Shown in pieces: positions 56,112-64,000 of a stretch of 64,000 bases of DNA; position 1 is the first letter of the stretch; each line of letters opens with the position of its first letter. The stretch covers positions 119,226,001 to 119,290,000 of the forward strand of contig OX597816.1 in assembly GCA_951406725.2 (NCBI GenBank), written 5' to 3'. The notes beneath the pieces were generated by a model. That model ran no database searches. It saw only the letters and a program-made list of their open reading frames with translations, and was not told the DNA's origin. The position numbers were made by a program, and so were the translations under genes. The stretch is from Octopus vulgaris (Eukaryota).

Positions 56112-56930
56112 GTATATGCATGTTTATGCATGTTGATGATTGTGGGTACCTTATATGTGTGTAGTGAACATGTATTTCACTTTAGTATACAAGTATCAGT
56201 GCTTCGCATTTTGGCACACTTTAGTATACAAGTAATTGTGCTTTACTATTACGCGTGTGTGCCTTCGGGCATTTCATATGTATATGGGGATGTGTGCATA
56301 TATCTGGTCCAGAATATTTCACATTGCGAGGATGGGGGTTGTCCTTGGAGCATTTTGTTTGTATTTTCATGTTTAGTTCGGGGAAACTCGCATGGAGAAT
56401 CTCTATGTATATACGTATGTATGTATGTTATGCATGCATGTATGTTATGCATGCATGCATGTATGTTTGTGTTATGAATGTATGTGTATATGTGTGTGTA
56501 TGTATGTATGTATGCATGCATGTATGTATGTATCTATGTTATGCGTGTATATATAGGGGCCTTTAGTGGTGTATTTGGGTTAGGTTTCCGGTTTGAGGAT
56601 ATCTTCCTCACTACGTCCTACCCGTTTCGGAGGTCTTGTAACGGGTCATATTCAGTGCTTTCTCTCATGAGAAGAAAGCATGGAAAAATAAAAGAAGTGG
56701 GGCGCATTGCTATGTAAGTGTCTATGTGCGTGTGTGTGCACGTAACACTGTCCTGGTAAAAAAAACCCACAAGGGTAGCAACGGAATATGCAAAGGGACG
56801 TAACTGCATGGAGCGCCTAGCGATTGGGCCATTTGCATCTATGTATGTATGTATGAATGTATGTATGTATGTATGTATGTATGTATGTATGTATGTATGT
56901 ATGTATGTATGTATGTATTTATCTATCTAT

Positions 56931-56965
<35 letters not shown>

Positions 56966-57349
56966 CATACATACATACATATATATATATATATACATAT
57001 ACATGTATACACACACACACACACACGCACACACACATACACACTGAGCGTCAAACTAATACAACCTGCTTGCTGTTCCCTTACCTGTCTGTCATTCGGT
57101 TTATATTCTATGTACAATTGCGAACCATTTACATACATACATATACTTTTCAAAATTGTACAAAAGACAAAAAAAAAAAAAAAAAAAAAAAAACAGAGAC
57201 AGGTGAGGGAACAAGAAACAGTGTGTAAGTGTGTATTAGTTAGATGCTCAGGAAAAATTGGAAGAGTCATGAACGTTTCGAGCCTACAATATTTTGCAGA
57301 AAGAAATGAGGAGAGAAAACAGATGAAAGGAGGTAAAAAAATTAACTGT

Positions 57350-57408
<59 letters not shown>

Positions 57409-58498
57409 CAACATGTGCAACAGTTAACTATGCGCACTTTATACGCACTTTTGACAAGTTGTGGTGCACCTGAGCACTGTATACAATAATTTCATTATTA
57501 ATTTATATATATATATATATACACATATATTTTATGTATATATATATATATATATAGTTTATAGACACACACACACACACACACACATACATATATATAT
57601 ATATTTCATATACACATATGTGTGTGTGTGTGTGTGTGTGAAAGAGAGAGAAGGGGTGAGGGTGGAGATTATGTGTAAGACGGAATCTTTTTGCCAAGAG
57701 CTATTCAAACACAATATCCTTATCACTAACATCTCTGCTTTTCTTTCGACATAAAATGATGTAGTAAACGTATTTTCGTTGTCATTAAACGAGATGTAAG
57801 TTACGTGTGCGCACGTGACTGTGAGTGTGTTTCCGTGCGTGCGCCTGCGTGCACGCTCCTGTGTGTTTCCGAGTATTTGTGCGTTTGTGTGTGTGTGAGT
57901 GTGTGTGTGTGTGTGTGTGCATATGTCGGTTTAGCAATACAAACAGAATAAATGGAGCTAAATACATTGAATATAACTTTACTTTTTTTTTCGCTAGATT
58001 CAACCAGAAGCTGCGACCTCGACGGGGTACCGCCTTTATAGTGTGATTGATTTTGATTTCACATTGTATACACATTGCATATACACAGCATGTATATTTT
58101 CTTTATTATTGACATTTTGATAAATGTTATGCACGAAACTCTCAGCAACATCCTACGGATTTTACAGCTTCCTACGGGTTAAAAAAACTATAAACATAAG
58201 CGCGCACACGTTCATGGCTTTGGGTAAAAAGAAAATACAGTTAATTAAGATTTTATACAACATATTCTCCTCTCCGTTTCACATACTTATTGTGGCGGTC
58301 CTTCGGTTTTTCTAAGCCCTGTACAACAATTCGGAAGGATGGGCCTCCAGCCAGGCTTATCGCGATGCACTTGATGCCAGGAACTCTTTAGCATATCTTC
58401 GTATATCATACACACAAACACACACACACACACACAGGCACACACATACACATACACACACGCACGCGCACACACATATATACATGAAATATGTATGC

Positions 58499-58550
<52 letters not shown>

Positions 58551-59155
58551 TTATAAACATACATACATACAGACAGATAGATAGATAGATAGAGAGAGAG
58601 ACAGAGACAGAGACAGAGAGGGGGGAAGAGACAGACAGAGAGACGGTTTGTTTTTATGTCGAGTTATAATAACATTTATGCATTAAAGTGGAGAATTACT
58701 CAATATGTTTTGTAGAGTAAATATTCATTGCATTTTTATAAAAAGAACGATGGCAGTGACTTCGAAGTTTCCGCATGCTAGCTGACAATGGCTGTCGGAT
58801 CTGCTTTAAGATATGCTAAGCTGAGGCACTGTTCTATGTACGGGACGGAAAATTGTAAAAAGCATCAGAGTACAAGAATATATAAATAGATATTTGTTTA
58901 CAATCAAACGTGTTAGTGTACAAACATTAACGCATGCATTTAAGCACGCATACACACACACACACACACACACGCACACACTCACACACATATATATATC
59001 AACACAAATACATGCATACACACACACACATATATTTATATATGAGCACGTACATAGGAATATATATATACACGAATATATACACATATATGTACATTGA
59101 TTAAATGGGTTTATTTTTAATTGCTATTGAAAGTAGATTGTTTTACTTTATATGT

Positions 59156-59250
<95 letters not shown>

Positions 59251-59251
59251 C

Positions 59252-59416
<165 letters not shown>

Positions 59417-59559
59417 GTGTATAATATTTTTCTCCATATCTTCAGGCTCAAGAATATAAAATATATTTGCACTCTAAAGAAAGAATAAGAAAATGATTTC
59501 ATCTACTTTTTTGCACATCAATAAATATGTATCTCCTCTTTGTCTCTATTTCTCTCTCC

Positions 59560-59598
<39 letters not shown>

Positions 59599-59599
59599 T

Positions 59600-59660
<61 letters not shown>

Positions 59661-59869
59661 GATTATATATATATATGTATATATATATATACACATATAC
59701 ACACACATGTGTGTGTGTGTGTGTATATATATATGTATGTATGTATGTATGTATCTGTATTTTTATTGGCAGTGGTAGATACAGACAATTTTTTAAGATA
59801 TACTATATGTGTGTATGTATATATATACGTATATATATATATACGTATGTATATATATACGTATGTGTG

Positions 59870-59914
<45 letters not shown>

Positions 59915-60273
59915 GCATGTATGTACATGTTGCTCTAATTATATTTATATACAATAATCATTTAAAATGTTATGGAAAAAAAAATTGCATTAAATTGCCA
60001 ATATATCATTAACTGTTAGATTAATTAGTTGCTTGATTGCATAGATATTAAGTTGATACAAACGTTTGGAAAAGTAATTAAATTAAAATAATTACATTGA
60101 TTAATATTAGAAATTAAGTGTTTTAAAGTTAGATTAATTGTTTGTTTGTATGAGATTTCAATGCACACATTACCACATACTTTACATAGAATATCGCTTT
60201 TAATCTAATTTGACATATCTTACTCTTCATATGTATGTGTGCGTGTGTTTGCGTTTGTGTTTGTGTGTGTGTG

Positions 60274-60312
<39 letters not shown>

Positions 60313-60325
60313 ATTAGATATGTGC

Positions 60326-60390
<65 letters not shown>

Positions 60391-60629
60391 CATACATATA
60401 TACAATACATGACATAACTAATATATATATGGCGTAATGGCAAATGTGGAAAAAAAGACAAAAATTGTCAAAAACCATTACCACATGGTTAAGCGTCTCG
60501 AAACAAACCGATGGCATCTTGGGCAAGTGTTATTACCGCTATAGTCCCCCGGGCCGTTAACCAATTTTCCCTTCTTGAGTGGATAAATACGCTAAATTCT
60601 GCATATTTGATTAGAATTTTTCGTATATG

Positions 60630-60680
<51 letters not shown>

Positions 60681-61128
60681 TATCTATTATGATATGTGTG
60701 TGTTTGATGTCTGTGTTTTTCCCCTAGCATTGCTTGACAACCGATGCTGGTGTGTTTACGTCCCCGTCACTTAGCGGTTCGGCAAAAAGAGACCGATAGA
60801 ATAAGTACTATATACAAAAAGAATAAGTCCCGGTCGAGTTGCTCGACTAAAGGCGGTACATAACCGCAGTCAAATGACTGAAACAAGTAAATGATAAAAT
60901 AATATATATACATATGAGGTGATAAGTTTTATTGGGAACTTCCTTTTGGAATTGTAGAACTCGAAGTAAATAAAGCTATAAACAATGGCGTGTTAATAAT
61001 GGGTTTAAAAACCCTTTTTTTTTTTATCTCCATAGACTTTTTTAGTGAAATATTTGCACGCTATTAACTTTATTTACTCGGAGAATCACTGCTTCAGAAA
61101 GAATTGTAGATTAACGTGTGTATGTGGT

Positions 61129-61159
<31 letters not shown>

Positions 61160-61779
61160 GTAGATGTACGCGTTCATGCATACATACATATGCACGTACA
61201 TACATAGATGTTATAAACTGTACATTGAACAAAGTCCCAACGTTCTACGTCTTGATCAAAAACATTCCGATTTTGCACAAGAACATCCGAAGATCGGAAA
61301 CTTTAAACTCGGAGTAGCAGCACCAAAATTTTTCAGCTGCTAATGGATATAGAAGACATAAGTATATATATTGTACATACTTCTTTTCTATTTTCCTTCA
61401 TAAAGCATACATACAAACATGTGCACATACGTGTGCACACACAAACACACACACACGCATACACACCTATAAGCCTATTTGTGTGTGTGTATATACACAT
61501 ACTGTAATTCTCTTCACATTTATATGCGTGTGTGTTTGTGCGTGTGCATGTGTGTGTATATGTGTGTGTACAAACACATATAACATGATGCATATGTGTG
61601 TGTATATATATATATAGTTATTTATGGTTAGGTAAGGTATATAATACCTCGCGCTAAATTCAGAGCCTATATACACGCATGTATTTATATACATACATGC
61701 ATGTACATACATGATGCATAAATATTTAAAAACACATACATATAACACTTATACATATATATATCTTTATATATCTTTA

Positions 61780-61810
<31 letters not shown>

Positions 61811-62335
61811 AGTATAGGCATGTATGTATGTATGTATGTATGTATGTATGTATTTATGTATGTATGTATGTATGTATGTATGTATGTATGTATGTATGTA
61901 TGTATGTATGAACGAATGATTAAGGGCCGATCTTGAAATATTTAAACCACCAAATCGACCACATTACTCAAGCCCCACAAAAAACAAATGTGCACGCGCA
62001 CATACTAACACACACACTCACACCTATGTGTTTATATGAATGCACACCTATTTATAGAAATGGAAATTTAATACGTACATTAACGTGTACATATATGTTT
62101 TTTTTTACATATATATCCGTTTTTTTAATTTAAACATATATGCTTAGTAGTAATTATGCATTTATAAATAACTATATAAACCTGTATTTGTATCATGTAA
62201 TATAATATAATATAATATAATATAGTATAATGTAATATAACATAATATATAGTTTCTATGTGGCCGGACGTAGCTTCCGTTTGAATTTGTCCCCTAGCGA
62301 TTATTATTATTATTATTGTTGTTGGTGGTGTTATT

Positions 62336-62376
<41 letters not shown>

Positions 62377-62422
62377 TATTAGTAGGCTATCTATCTATAT
62401 ATATATATATATATATATATAC

Positions 62423-62507
<85 letters not shown>

Positions 62508-62527
62508 GCATTCATATATATATATAT

Positions 62528-62558
<31 letters not shown>

Positions 62559-62865
62559 ATATATATATACGACGCCTTCTTTCATTTTCCGTCTAGCAAA
62601 TCCACTGAAAAGGATTTGGTCGATTCGAGGCTGTAGTAGAAGACATTTGCCCAAGGTGCCACGCAGAGGGACTGAACCCGGAACTATGTGATTGGGAAGC
62701 AAGCTTCTTACGACAAATCCACTCCTGCGCCTATATGTAGAACATCATACATACATGTTTACGAAACTTTCCAGCCTTGCTGAATCAAAGAAAACATTAA
62801 TATGAATAGTATATTCATGTTTTCGGCTCTTTCAATTATACTTTCGGCTATTTGCCGTCATATAT

Positions 62866-63203
62866 ATGTGCCATCCGTCCACAACGAAAATCTAAATCGC
62901 ATCACATAACGACAATACGGCACAATTATTTCACCTCAATTGGACCCGCTCTCTTCAACATTACACCAGGACACGTCAAAACAGAAACTGACCACACAAA
63001 ATTCAAGAAGTCTTTGGACAAATTCCTTCAAACAGTCCCGGACAAACCACCCACAGCCGGATATGTCTCCGCAAACAATAACTCTCTGCTCGAATGGGCC
63101 TCGGTGCCCAAATCCTGAATTGAAAGACTTCGCCAGGTGGTGCTATTAAGTTAGACATGGCCTGGGCCAATACTGGCCAAAACCTTTCTAAGTTATTCTA
63201 AGT
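62866..63203 (+). mobile_element. 5'-truncated CR1/L2-like LINE 3' end
   Basis: ORF end ...YFTSIGPALFNITP...KFKKSLDKFLQTVPDKP...GY...NSLLEW*, short 3' UTR and ctaagtt-attctaagtt tail running into (TA)n. Confidence 0.7.
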
Positions 63204-63259
63204 TATATATATATATGTATGTATGTATTTATGTATGTATGTATATATGTTTGTATGTA

Positions 63260-63325
<66 letters not shown>

Positions 63326-63595
63326 TAATATATATATAGAGAGAGAGAGAGAAAGGGGGAGAGAGAGAGAGCAAGAGAGAGATAGGGAGATATATAACTT
63401 GATATTGTATACATATTGTATACATGTACGATATATTACATTATTACATATAAATACATATATTATATATACATCATGCACGTGTTTGTACATAGATAGA
63501 AATACAAATATTTGTCATAAATACCCACACGTTTATGTATATATATGTTTATACACTCATACATACATCCATCCATACATACATACATACATACA

Positions 63596-63628
<33 letters not shown>

Positions 63629-64000
63629 GCATGTAGTAACACACACACACACACACATCAATATGTATTTATATATACAAAAAATTCATAAAGGAAAAAT
63701 ATAGACGTTTATAAATATATACATACATATATATAGGGGCAGGTGTGGCTGTGTTGTAAGAAGCTTGCTTCCCAGCCACGTGGTTTGTGCTTCAACCCAC
63801 TGTGGGATTGAAACATCTAAAAGAATAAAAGAAGAATTTGTTTCAGTCATTTGACTGCGATCATGGGGAAGCACCGCCTTTAGTCGAGCAAATCTACCCC
63901 AACACTTATTCTTTGTAAGCCTAGTACTTATTCTATCGTTCTCTTAGGGCGAACCGGTAAGTTACGGGGACGTAAACACACACACACAAACATATACACA

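Noticed and set aside
56600-56665. Minus-strand hammerhead-like CTGAATA...GAAACGGGTA
   Set aside because: Core G8 is mutated and stems I and II do not pair convincingly.
61283-61322. CCGAAGA...AAACTCGGAGTA hammerhead-like remnant
   Set aside because: No stem II and no properly placed GAAA; too decayed to call.

Overview
AT-rich, microsatellite-dense animal genomic DNA. The repeat families look like those of Octopus (coleoid cephalopod); this is an inference, not a search result. The only host gene I can support is the 3' part of an Mnx/HB9 (MNX1/exex) homeobox gene on the minus strand: coding exon 9185-9025 and terminal coding exon 5285-4866. No first coding exon is visible, so everything above about 9.2 kb is either a >54 kb first intron or upstream DNA. 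The rest is repeats: Tc1/mariner relics (one full-length with TIRs), a non-autonomous Helitron, hAT- and piggyBac-like MITEs, LINE fragments and many tRNA-derived SINEs. The most striking signal is a set of short Penelope-like (PLE) terminal-repeat cassettes carrying minimal type-I hammerhead ribozyme (HHR) motifs. Four unrelated cassette families form head-to-head palindromes (about 5.75, 31, 53 and 55 kb), the largest with ~435-bp arms at ~99% identity; three of the four carry a visible HHR. HHR copies in the Mnx-sense orientation tend to be broken or sequestered, while better-preserved copies lie antisense. Several repeat-free islands look like cis-regulatory elements (homeodomain/NK-site cluster at 18-19 kb, PAR-bZIP/C-EBP site cluster at 35.8 kb). 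Almost all entries in the ORF track are microsatellite artefacts.
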